From the NCBI GenBank assembly GCA_030770535.1, contig JASVEC010000002.1, positions 2,294,001 through 2,358,000 of the forward strand: 64,000 nt of DNA, written 5' to 3'. Under the pieces are notes generated by a model that had not been told where the DNA came from, ran no database searches, and saw only the letters and a list, made by a program, of their open reading frames with translations. Shown here piece after piece: positions 52,624 through 64,000 of the stretch. Positions within the stretch are counted from its first letter, which is position 1. The number at the start of each line of letters is the position of its first letter. This DNA is from Batkoa obscura. Lineage: Eukaryota. The position numbers were made by a program, and so were the translations under genes.

Positions 52624-52718
52624 AGGGATGTTTTTTGGTTTCATCACTTTTTCCATTTTTGAGTGTTATTTAAATAGAAAGACTGTTAATAAAATTCTTA
52701 AACGAAAAATACACTCCC
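52624..52718 (-). mobile_element. ~97-bp MITE
   Basis: AGGGATGT...ACACTCCC; GCAT TSD on both sides. Confidence 0.88.
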
Positions 52719-52983
52719 GCATTGTTCATTTAAATATGTTATTAGCCTTTTTTACATGAACTTAAAAATATAGAACCAAATACAATCTTTAAGCTCAGTT
52801 AAAAAAAGTCAATAACAAATTTGAATGAAGGTATCTGAAACGTAATGAACAATATAACAATGATAACAGTTGGAAAATTGCTATAAATAGTATTTAAATA
52901 AAAATGTTAATGATTATACTCTAAAGATTAGTAAAATGAAACAATCTACATTATTATACCTTATAGAATTTTAGAAAGCATAT

Positions 52984-53081
52984 GGGGATGTATTTTTGTG
53001 TTTAAGGATTTTACTAACAATTTTTCCACTAAATAGTGCTTGAAAAATGGAAAAAGTAATGAAGTTAAAAAAAACACTCCC
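52984..53081 (+). mobile_element. ~97-bp MITE
   Basis: GGGGATGT...ACACTCCC; ATAT TSD. Confidence 0.92.
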
Positions 53082-53545
53082 ATATATATATAAATAAGCC
53101 ATTAGTAGTAGTATATCACTTAAACAGTGATGTACCACAAAAACCCAACTAGCTATTATATTGGAATACCCTTATACTAAGAAACTCGAGATATTCCTTT
53201 GATAGTCAAGTGCCAATTTTTAATGCTACTAGTAATTTGAATAGTATAACAAGTTTGTAAGTGAAGGTAATAGGTCTAATATCATATTTAGTTTGCAAAT
53301 AAAGGAATATTTTTTTATATGATTAGTGAGTTATTAAAGCTAGTATACTTATAGTCTTATATTAAAAGTTATATTGCTTAGAGTGATCATTTTAAAAAAC
53401 TAGTATATTTAACAAGTATGAATATACTTTAAATTATCAAAAGAAATAAAAAAGTAAAAATCTAACCATCGGTAAAGTTAGCTATATTGAACCTTGTTTT
53501 ATTTTTTGTTAAAGGGAGGTATGCGTTATTTATCAAAATACATAT

Positions 53546-53639
53546 GGGGATGTATTTTTCGTCTAAGAACTTTATTAACAGTCTTTCCATTCAAATAGTA
53601 CTCAAAAATGGAAAAAGTGATGAAATCAAAAAACACCTC
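53546..53639 (+). mobile_element. ~97-bp MITE
   Basis: GGGGATGT...ACACCTC; ATAT TSD. Confidence 0.9.
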
Positions 53640-54476
53640 ATATGATATAATGGAAATTGATTGAGATGTTAAAGTATAAAATAATTTTATAAGGATAAAC
53701 CACCTAATGCAAAACTTCAAGCCTAAAATGAATACTGCTTTATGTTTTGGGTTTATATTTAATATAATGATTTTAAAGTTAGAGCCACTCTGTGGCATAA
53801 TTAGATTTTACATTATTTTAAAAATATGATATGATATTTTTTACGGTGTAAATTTATATTAGCATAGTAGTTCTACTTTCAAGATAGCAACCCATAAATC
53901 AGTATTTGATTTCAATTCTTCAGATTTATATATCAAAGCTATATTTAAAATTGCATATTAAAATAAAGAGAATTTAAATTTAAAGAATTAGGCAATCTCT
54001 ATTAAAATACCATAATAAATGGTACTTAACGTTTAAGCTTTATTAAAATGTGGAGAAACTGATAAAAATTTTAATGTTTAAAATTAGTTAAGCTAGGATT
54101 CCATGTAAACTGAGTGAGACAGAAATAATAAATCCCGATTGGTCAAAATAATTAAGAACAAACCGATTCATTGAGCCACGTAAAGCCTAGCTAGCCAATC
54201 AAAAATGAACTATAGGCTAGCATTTGCTGCTAACATCAAGTTTGGAGTAAAGTAAAGTAAATAAAGCAGCAAATTTGGTTATGACGATAATTATTAGTTA
54301 AAAGAAATTAATAACCTATTTTCTAAGTTTTAATTCGACTCTTAATGTAAATTCCTATTGCTTTATTTTTATTTAAATAATTTTTAATTGTGTCTTTTTA
54401 TACCTTTATTTGATCACAATCAATAGTTTACATCTTAATATAATATAATTAGTTGGCATAAATTTAAGTTGTCATA

Positions 54477-56123
54477 ATGGAAGAAGAAACTGGGTGGAAA
54501 TTTGCCCAATGCTTTGGGGACAAAGGTGATATTACAGATATTAGTGAAGGTAAGCCTTAATGATATTTTTTTTGTAGTTTGTCTCATCATACTGTTTTAT
54601 TTTAGCTGATATTATCTCAACAGTTGAGTTTGATCATACTGGTGATTATTTAGCAACTGGTGATAAAGGAGGAAGGGTCGTTTTATTCGATCGTAATGAA
54701 TCTGTAACTATTTATGCTTTTTTAAAATTATACGTTTGATAATAACTGCTGTTTGTTTAATTTAGAAACAAGGAGTTGAATATAAATTCTTTACAGAATT
54801 TCAGTCTCATGAACCTGAATTTGATTATCTGAAAAGTTTAGAAATAGAAGAAAAAATCAATAAAATAAAGTGGTGTCGTCGTACTAACACTTCGCATTTT
54901 CTTTTATCAACTAATGGTAACTTGTAACATTTTATTTTTATGAGTATTTGGTTTATTTTTATTATTTTAGATAAGACAATTAAACTTTGGAAAATTTTTG
55001 AAAAAAAGATTAAAGTTGTAGCTGAAAATAACTTAGGTGGGACAACGGCACCAAGAGCATTCAATCCAAAAGGATTGAAGCTTCCTAAATTAGTCCTTCA
55101 TGATCGTATGGTAGCTGCTTCACCTAGAAAAATTTATGCTAATGCCCACGCTTACCATATAAACTCAATTGCTGTTAACTCAGACGGAGAAACTTATATT
55201 TCTGCAGATGATTTACGTATCAATTTATGGAATTTAGGGATCTCTGATCGTAGTTTTAACATTGTTGATATCAAACCAACAAATATGGAAGAACTTACTG
55301 AAGTTATTACTGCTGCTGACTTTCATCCAAATCATTGTAATTTATTAATGTATAGTAGCAGTAAGGGAAATATTAAACTTTGTGATATGAGATCTGCAGC
55401 ATTATGTGACCAATATGCTCAAGGTAACATTAAATCTCATGTTTTTGTTGATTAAAATACTAATCATATTAAATTAGTATTTGAAGAAGAAGAAGATCCA
55501 GCAGATCGCTCCTTTTTTTCAGAAATTATTTCATCCATTTCTGATATTAGATTCAGTAATGATGGACGTTATATTCTATCAAGAGACTATCTTTCATTAA
55601 GAATTTGGGATATCAATATGGCAACTCGTCCTATCAAAACCATTAGCGTACATGATCATTTACGTAGTAAATTATGCGATTTGTATGAAAACGACTGTAT
55701 TTTCGATAAATTTGAGTGCATGTTTAGTGGTGATGGATCGTAACTTTAATTCCATTTTTTATTATAATCTTAATTATCCTCTTCTTTAGACAAGTGTTAG
55801 CTGGTTCCTATAGTAATGCGATTAATATATTTGATTTAAATAGTGATAAAGAAATACAAATTCCTGCAGACAAGAATGCATTTAAATCTAAAAGTGTAGG
55901 GCATGTAAGACGCCGTTCAGGACAAGGAAAAGGAGGGCGTGATGATTTGAATGTTCATACCATTGATTTTAATAAAAAAGTGCTCCATGCCTCTTGGCAT
56001 CCACATGAAAATACTGTTGCCGTAGCTGCTACTAATAATCTCTTTATTTTCTCAACGTAAGAATCTATTTTATTACATGCTTTACAATTAATCTAACTGT
56101 TTGATTTTAGTGAAGCAGCTTAG
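54477..56123 (+). CDS. CDC55: PP2A regulatory subunit B55 (Cdc55/Pab1), multi-exon
   Basis: [87 protein letters not shown]. Confidence 0.95.
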
Positions 56124-57156
56124 TCTATTCAGGTTTATTATAGGATCCCCACTTTATAAAATGCTTTGGATATAATGCTTTTCGAACTGTAAATTAGTAA
56201 TGTTCATGGTATTAAACCCTTTAACTAGAAATCTGAATATTTTTTATTTTATAACTTCTAACTTTTGATTTTTTTAATACAAAATATACTGTTATAGATC
56301 AAAGTATTACAAGTTGAACAAAAAGTGTACATATTATTCGTTTACTTTAATTAAAATTATTTAATTTAAAAAGTATCAATAAATACTAATCATTTTATAT
56401 TATGAGGAATAAGTATAGAAAACAAACGAATTCTAAAGCAAGTTTGATGACTTTATTTCACATAATATAACATCAAATTAATAAGCGAAAGTAGGATAGT
56501 AAACGGTTTAATAATGAAGAATTATAGATAATAATAAAGTTTGATAATTTACTATCTATCATAAAATTTTAATTATTTTAATATGTACAAAAAGGTATTT
56601 AAGTTAGACCAAATAATGCAATATAAATAGTCTTGCATTAACTTTAATAACAATAAAAGATTCTAAAGGAAGATGGACCATTTATCATCTGCTTTATAGC
56701 TTCTTCATTTGGCTCATGCTACTCTTAAGTAGTCTACTACTCAGCTTTTTAGTAAGTGGAAACAACTGGGCAAACTTGCTCTATCCTTTGAAACTACAAA
56801 TTGAGATAATAATTTTTTATGATAAATTATATAATGACAATGAGATTGAGTACCATTATTTTATTTACCACAGTAAAGCTTCATACAAAATATGATTTAT
56901 AGCATTTTTGAAAGCTCAAGAATTTTATAGCAAATAATGAAATAAAAAGTAAAAAAACGAAAATCAAGAATTAAATTAGAAAGTAAAATCCAATCGTTTA
57001 CTAATAAATTAGAGAGTAATAAAGATATTAAAAACGAACTACAAATATTTAAGATAAGTTTTAAATAGACAGTAATACAACTATTTATTTGGTTTTATTT
57101 TTAATGAAAGCTGGTGTTTTCATAGAATAATATTAATATTTTAAAAATCAGCTTAC

Positions 57157-57248
57157 GGGGATATCTTTTTTAGTTTCATTTGTTTGTTTTTTATACAGCT
57201 AAAAGTTGAACAATTTATTAGTAATATTATTAAACAAAAAAGGTGTTC
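57157..57248 (-). mobile_element. Highly degenerate MITE
   Basis: GGGGATAT...TTTCATT...TTAGTAATATTATTAAACAAAAA. Confidence 0.45.
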
Positions 57249-57449
57249 ATATACAGAAAATAGATATTGTTTTGCTATCTGGTCGAAATGATTATAATAA
57301 CTTTAGCATTAATAGTCATTTTAGTTAATAGTAGTAATCAATTTAGAATATTTTAAATGTAATAATGTTTTATTTATAAGTCTATAAGTATAGCAATGCT
57401 AAGAGAGAAAATCAGCCAGTAATAGGTAGTAAATAAAAATAACACCGTA

Positions 57450-59361
57450 TTAATTCTTATTATGCGATGCTTTAAATCTTTTTTTACTGATTGCCAACTT
57501 ATGTCTTGATTTGTAAAGACCAATGTACTGTTTTCTATTTTCAGCCAATTCTTTTTCTAATTCTTCTAAACTTTCTGTACGTTGAAATATCTTTTCCCCT
57601 CCAAATCGTGCTTTATATTCTAACTCTGTATTAAGATGGAAAAAGAACCATGGCTCATGACCTGCTTTATCATCAGCGATGTTTGCCTTTTCCTGTTGTA
57701 TTATACCTACTTGTTCTAATGGCTCAATTTCAGCAGGAATCTCATCATCCGATTCTTCACTTGAATCCGGTTTCAAGCCAAATAAAGAAAAAGTTCCCTG
57801 ATCTCTTTTCTCAACATCTTTATTAAAAATGCTTCCAATTCTTTCACTAACTTCGAAATGCTTGTCTTTTGTCACTTCTGGTGTCAATGAAATACCAATA
57901 TTATCATTTTTATTATGTTCGCTTAAATCTAACTTTACTTCTTTATCCGATTTTCTTATTTGATTTGAAGCCCCTAATTTTGATGGGTCTATTTCAAGTT
58001 CTTCGGCGTCAGAGGCGTCTGGATCATATCTTATCATCCCCTTCCATTCTAACCCGGGATTTGCTCTTTTAGTTTCAGTATACTGGTCTTGAACAGTACT
58101 TTGCGATGGCAAATTAAGAATATTTTTTAAAAGATCTAACGCTTTTCCTTTTTCTTCTTCCAATGATACTTTAATATTATCTTTATTTTCTGTTTCTTGG
58201 ACCTCTTCAACACTTTCTTCATCAGAATTAATAAAATCTTCGCCTAACTTGAAACGAGCATCATTGCCAAATCTTTTTTGTAACTGTAGTCTTTTATGAC
58301 CCTCTTTTCCTTCAAATACTGGATTTATTCTTATATCGTTTGTTTCTGTGTCTACCTCTTCATCATCACTAAATAAGAATTGCTGTCCATCTTTAGCGTC
58401 ATCATTTGTATCTTTCACTTCCTCTGCTTCTTCTTCAGATTCGCCAAACAAATCATTGACTCTATTATTAATTTCAATAATTTTACTTGGTGCTTCAACG
58501 ATATCTCCTTCATCGCTAAATGTTATTCTATTAGAGTTATTTATCTAGAAAAAGATTTAACGTTGATAATAAGAATTTAAAATAACTTACTGGCTTATCA
58601 ATATTTGACAACGCTGCAGTTATACCTTCTTTTTGTTTTTTGAGTAGTTCCGTTTTCTTGTTTATAGACTCTTTTTGTTTCAGTTTTGACTTTTGTTCCT
58701 AAAATGCTATTTTAATATCTAAATACAAAGTTTCCAATTTAGTTACTTTGTCTAAATTAATCTTATCTGAATTATCTTCGTATGTCTTTTCGTCATCTAT
58801 AAACCATGATAAACTCTCTAAAGGAATACTGTCTATAATCGGGGCAATCACATCTTCTTTTTTTTTGAAGCTTTTAAGTTGGTGTTGATGTTTTTCTGGA
58901 TCTATTGTAATCAGAGTCCCATCATTTTTTCTAATCTTTAATTCACAAACAGCTCTTCCGTATCTAACTTTCTTCCATCCTTTTTTTTCAGGAATATCGT
59001 CCTTAATTAATGTCATATCTTTTGCTTCATGAGAGCCCAATCTTCGTCTTACACTTTTATCATCAACTTCTTCTATTACAAGTCTCTCTTTTTCTAATTT
59101 TTTTAAAAAACTCTCTTTAGCCAAAGCTAACTTCAACTGACTACCTTTCCATTTACTTCCGTTTAGTATACTTTGACAACGCTGCCAACTTTTATCATCA
59201 CATATTAAGGTCAGAAAAGCAAATCCTTTATAAAGACCGGTAGAATGGTCTTTAACTATCTCACAATCTTTGACTTTTCCAAAACTTTTAAACTTATCTA
59301 TTAAATCGCTTTTATCTTCCACTTGCTTTGATAACCCCCCTATATGTATTCTATGTTCCAT
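57450..59361 (-). CDS. NOL8: Nucleolar protein 8 (NOL8)-like RRM protein, 3 exons
   Basis: RRM RIHIGGLS...KGFAFL...LNGSKWKGSQLKLALAKESFL; LQKRFGNDARFKL; EKGKALDLLKNIL; MIRYDP. Confidence 0.8.
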
Positions 59362-60303
59362 AATTTTATTGAAAAAATTAAGTGAATAATTTATTTTGCT
59401 ATTTATTAAGCTTACTACCTTTCCATATACATGTATTTTTGCATTTGAACCTGAAATTGCACTGCTTTAACAAATCATTTTCACTAGTTATTGATTGTGT
59501 GCAAAAATAATTCTAAACATCAATCAGTATATTTAGATGTTAATTTAAAAATGTATATTGCTAGCCTATTTGCTTTATCAGATTTTACTAAATAAGAGTT
59601 ATTTAAATCCAGACTGGATATATTTGATAAAGGACTCTGAACTTGTCTCTTTGTATCTTCTTTATTCTAATTCTTCAGCTATACAAACTTAGGAAAAGTT
59701 TAAATATATAAAATACTTATAGTTACAAAGATAATTTAAATCCTAAAAATCGTGTGTATTTGCTATCTATAGCATTTGGTTACTCTATTCAATATCTCTA
59801 ATTTCCAAGACTTAGATTAGTAGTACTAAAATCGTTAATATTTTTTTGCATATTTTATAAATCTCGTATAAATATTACTAAATAAAATATTAAAATAGTG
59901 GATTTTTTAATTATAACCTATTTTTTATAGTATTTAATAAAATGAAGCTGTACTTTGACATTATGATTGTATTTTCAATTTGAATTTGAATGTTTCTAAT
60001 ATTAAAAAAGACAAAATATAAAAGTATAGATTAGTTACAGAAATCAATTTTTTTAACCAGGTGAATAGAATTATTATAATATAAAGAATAAAAGTCATAC
60101 GTAATTTAAATATTCTAAAATTTTATATAAAATTTGAATCCCAGTTAAAGCTTATAAATTATTGATTTTTAAATTTATTTAATTTAATAGTAGTAATATT
60201 ATTATGGAAAGAGTTTCAAAATTTTGGTAGAAATTGAAAGCTATATCTTTATATAATGAAACCTTTATTTAAATTTACATAATATTTAAATTTCAATTTG
60301 CTA

Positions 60304-61254
60304 TTAGAATGTTAAACAAGCAAATGCGCCATTATAGCCTTTACAAGATGAGCCATATGGACAAACTTGGATTAAAGTTTTACCATTCAAGCAAATTGCT
60401 AAGTTGTTTTCATTACAGCGTAACTCTCCATGAGTAGTGCATGAGTTGCTATTAGGGTCAACTGGTTTTTCAATTGGCTTTTCAACTGGTTTTTCGATCG
60501 GTTTAATTTCATAGACAGGTGGAGTTGGTTCTTTTTTCTCTGGCTCTTCCTTAGGTTGCTCCTTCTTAGGCTCTTGTTTTACAGGATCCTTGGGCTTGTT
60601 TTGGTCATTTCCTTCTGGAACACCTTGAGAGCCACTTGGTGAAATGGTTTTAGATGGAGTAGATTCCATTTCAGATTTTTTATAATCATTAGCAAAACCT
60701 TCTGGGAAAATTTCATAACCATCAATGTTAGCTATGGTTGGTACATGTCCAGTGATACTTCCTCCTTCTTTACCATTCTTGATCGTAATATCAGCACAAT
60801 TCATGTAATATTCACGATTACCAGATCTATTGATCCAACCCCATGCAAATGTTACAGGTCCGCTTGGAGCATTAGCTGGGATAGGTATATCATAGTTTAA
60901 TCCACCAGTTAAACAATCTCCATAAACACTCTTCAATACTACCCAGTCTCTGTCATTGTAGGATACTGAAAATTGACAATGTCCTCCATTATGTGGAGCA
61001 GTACCACCGAGCTGTACAGAAACAGTTTCCCCAGCATTAACATCATAGGATGATGGGCCTTTGGGGTAACCACGGCAAGGGTATGGAAATTCAGAGCCAA
61101 GTGGGGAACTGTAAGAGTAATCAAACTCAGGCTCAAGGTAATTTTTGTTATGTTTAGATTTTCTTGGAGGAGGGTTGGTCATTTCCATGTGAGAAGTGAC
61201 TTGGTAAGCAGCACCAAGGATGAATAAAATAGTTGAAAGTTTTGCACTAACCAT
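60304..61254 (-). CDS. Secreted AA11 chitin-active LPMO with a K/E/P linker and Cys-rich C-terminal module
   Basis: Signal peptide followed by His1 (VTS|HMEMTNPPPR); PCRG; HNGGHCQFS; WGWINRSGNREYYMNCADI. Confidence 0.9.
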   Translation of the reverse strand: MVSAKLSTILFILGAAYQVTSHMEMTNPPPRKSKHNKNYLEPEFDYSYSSPLGSEFPYPCRGYPKGPSSYDVNAGETVSVQLGGTAPHNGGHCQFSVSYNDRDWVVLKSVYGDCLTGGLNYDIPIPANAPSGPVTFAWGWINRSGNREYYMNCADITIKNGKEGGSITGHVPTIANIDGYEIFPEGFANDYKKSEMESTPSKTISPSGSQGVPEGNDQNKPKDPVKQEPKKEQPKEEPEKKEPTPPVYEIKPIEKPVEKPIEKPVDPNSNSCTTHGELRCNENNLAICLNGKTLIQVCPYGSSCKGYNGAFACLTF

Positions 61255-63271
61255 ATTGAGTCCTATTAATGATGAAATATAAGTATCAAATATATGTTTA
61301 TAGCTTTATGCTATTACCTTTTATTAATTTGATATTAATATACTTTTGTATTAAGATTAATGAGATCAAAAAGTAAAGCCACTTTGTTGAAAGCAAAATA
61401 CCTTAAATAAAATAAAAAAACTGGGTTTTCTGAACAGGAACAACAATACTTGAACTTTTAAATTATAATTTAATATTTTTGATTTTTATTTCCAAATTAA
61501 GACATGTAATTTATTTTGAGCTATATTGTTTACAAATAGAGGACTTTTTGCTATCAGTTATTTTTATAAGGCGAAGGGTGTAAAATAATAGATAACATTT
61601 ATTTAGAAGTAAATTATAGGATACTCAGTATGTAATTGTAACTTTAAGAGTAGTTATTTTAATTTGAACTTTGGTTCTATCTTTAGAACACCTCATATCT
61701 CTTATGAAGCGGTAATAGTGGTTGAAAACCACTATAAAAGCCACAGGTTAAATTTTCATTTAGATCAGCATGTTACACCAGTGAGCTAACTTAGATATCT
61801 ATCATATTTTCTGAACTATGTACTATTTAAATTAAATAAGTACCATTTAATACCATCATTCAAATAGCAAAAGTATTGCGAATGAATTCATTTGGCCTTA
61901 TCGATATGAAGTTCTTCTCTGCTTGAATTTATTTGTCAAAAGGACATTTAATTTTTAATGAAGCTAATAATAGAATAGCACCTCAAGTTATATTTTTTAA
62001 ATTTGATAGAGAGCTATAGCTTATGACAATTACTTATAATACTTTTATTTCATTTCTACAGAACTCTTTAAATAAGCTGTTTTTATGACAAAGAAGTTAT
62101 AAAATATTAGATCTATAACAGTATTTATTTGAATGAAACATATAATATAAGTTCTTGGAGAACCTGTCTAAATAGATAATAAATGATTGTATTTATTTAT
62201 CCATTTTTTATTTTGCACAAAATTTAAAAAAATTGGTTAATACAAATCTAGAAAAACATTCGAGATTTTTAAATTTTTAAAATACTGCTAGTAGCTTGAA
62301 CAACTTATTTAACCACATGTTTTGATGTCTATACAAGATACGGTATAAAGTTAATATTTGTTTAAACTTTCATTTTGACTATGTAGAATAGGTAAAATAT
62401 TCAATAGCTTTTAACCAGACATAATAATGAAAATAGATTTAAAAAATTAATCTTTTAGCTTTTTTATAAACATTTTTATGCCAATTCATTAAGATGCTGT
62501 AGAATGCTAAATAATGTTTAAACTCGAACTTTTATTTTAACATGTTAAATTTTTTAGATCACATGAAAAATATATATTAAACTTAATAGCTTGAAAAATT
62601 GTCCAAGGTTTTTAAATAAAAGTTATTTAAACCTAGTTATATATTTTTAAATATCTTTATACTTATTTCTAGTGTTTTTTTATAAAGTCCATATATATAT
62701 ATGTTGATTAAGGGGAGAAACAGAAAATAGTATTATTTTCACAGAAGGCAGTGGACTTGTTCACTATAGGATGGCTAAAGCTTTTAAAAAGTTGAGTCAA
62801 GTAGCGCAAGGTGGGAATCGTTGATGTACATCATACTTACTAGAGAGAACCAACTTTAGTAAATGTCAGCTTTAAGTGAAAAGAGATATTATTTTGAAAA
62901 AATACAACCCAAATTATTTATACAAAAGACTCCTTTGTTGGAAATCAAAAACTGTTTTTATGTTTAATTTTTCTCACTACTATTATTAATTACTATTACA
63001 TACAGGTAAGTAAAAGTTTGATTAAAATCAAGGATAAGATTTTCCCATTTCATTTTTTTTAGCCACTTACTGTATAACATAATAAATACTGAATAAAAAA
63101 CGTCCAAACGGAATTATTTTAAAATTAAGCAAAAAAGTAAAAAAAATTGCAACACTTAGCGTTTAATTCATAATATTTGCTAAGTACCTAATTAAACAAA
63201 AACTGAACTAAGCTTTCAGGCTAATTCATATATAATTTGAAATTACGTTATGGTCAACTTTTTTAATATAT

Positions 63272-64000
63272 GAGGCTGTCTTAATTGGTTTCAGAATCTA
63301 CTTAGAAATTAATCCAAATTTAAAATTTAAAGCTTGTGTCCAATGTAACGGTTAAATCTAAAAAGCCTAAAATTAAATATCTCTATTTAAAACTTATTTT
63401 GATTGTTTTCTTTTCTTAAATAGCTAATTTTCCTAATTATATAAATACACTTATTTGACTTTGTTTTTTGTTGAAATAAAAATAAAATGCAAACTTTCAT
63501 AACTAAACTTCGAAATATAATTTTTGAAAATTTCAATACAATAGGGAGGAGTACATAATATAAACATTGTAATTCATTTACATGAATTTTGAGAGATACT
63601 TATAACAACCCAAGGCTTATGTAATTTTATAACAAAACAAAACAAAACAAAGAAAAGATATATTACCAAAGTTTACTATCGATAATAATAAACTTAATCA
63701 AGTAATGTACAAAATTAGTGCTTTAAGGGAAACAGGAAATAAAAATCAGCAAGTAGCGTTATTATCAACTATAGCTTCAGTATATTCTTTTGATGAATGT
63801 AAGAGTTTTGGGTTTAATATAAACAGAAATCAATATAATTATTCAAAAATAAGTAATAATAGTAGTAAAATATCAACATTTACAACCTATTATTAAAAAT
63901 ATAAAAAAAATTAAAGATGACCAAATTGAAACTATCATACAATATTTACTAAATGATTCAACTATTTCATCAAGATTTAATAAAAAAAATAATGATAGTA
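63272..64000 (+). mobile_element. Decayed Sola-like DNA transposon, copy 2; runs off the right edge
   Basis: ATAT then GAGGCTGTCTTAATTGGTTTCAGAA; homologous to the reverse complement of about 700-1439; MYKISALRETGNKNQQVALL ORF with a frameshift. Confidence 0.8.

Noticed and set aside
53111..53152. Short hairpin followed by CTAG as a Helitron 3' end (similar hairpin at about 61716-61736)
   Set aside because: AT-rich hairpins with no A/T target context and no second copy.
53526..53798. 90-aa minus-strand ORF
   Set aside because: It runs through a MITE (KIHPHM is TIR-derived) and has no other coding support.
5..57248. The dispersed ~97-bp repeats as a CRISPR-like array or as Fanzor/omega-RNA ends
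   Set aside because: They are dispersed, in both orientations, with TIRs and TSDs. There are no regular spacers and no RuvC/TnpB-like ORF in the window.
16731..58580. Antisense or shadow ORFs (e.g. 16731-17018, 21805-22080, 39290-39487, 43076-43261, 45135-45452, 49789-49989, 54825-55064, 58348-58580)
   Set aside because: They overlap well-supported genes on the opposite strand and mirror their low-complexity codon usage.
62705..62880. GC-richer island containing ATACTTAC (U1-like)
   Set aside because: It lacks the rest of U1 (CTGG, Sm site, stems), and all plus-strand frames are interrupted.

Overview
A very AT-rich eukaryotic window with many short (~40-55 nt) GT-AG introns. Gene content (Cu-only SODs, AA11 LPMOs, ISN1, RMT2, LRG1, an Integrator subunit) points to an early-diverging fungus; an Entomophthorales/Conidiobolus-like organism is my inference only. 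Gene-dense blocks of intron-rich housekeeping genes (ISN1, RMT2, ARP2, NOP15, RAD52, LRG1, INTS7-like, MUS81, PMP34/PMP47, TRS65-like, PP2A-B55, NOL8) alternate with gene-sparse, repeat-rich blocks. The sparse blocks hold intronless accessory genes: two leaderless Cu-only SODs, a secreted triple-repeat protein, an AA11 LPMO and its pseudogene, and a patatin. The strongest unexplained structure is a transposon system. Two inverted, decayed Sola-like DDE transposon copies sit at the window ends, and about 17 copies of a ~97-bp MITE share their GRGG-TGT terminus and 4-bp TSDs. Two of these MITEs interrupt the transposase, and removing the internal one restores its reading frame. The MITE also carries a complete intron-like unit (GT...TACTAAC...AG) of host-typical size. 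Two 463-bp solo LTRs, an LTR fragment and a foldback element are also present. No tRNA, rRNA or CRISPR was found. All calls come from reading the sequence; no database search was run.
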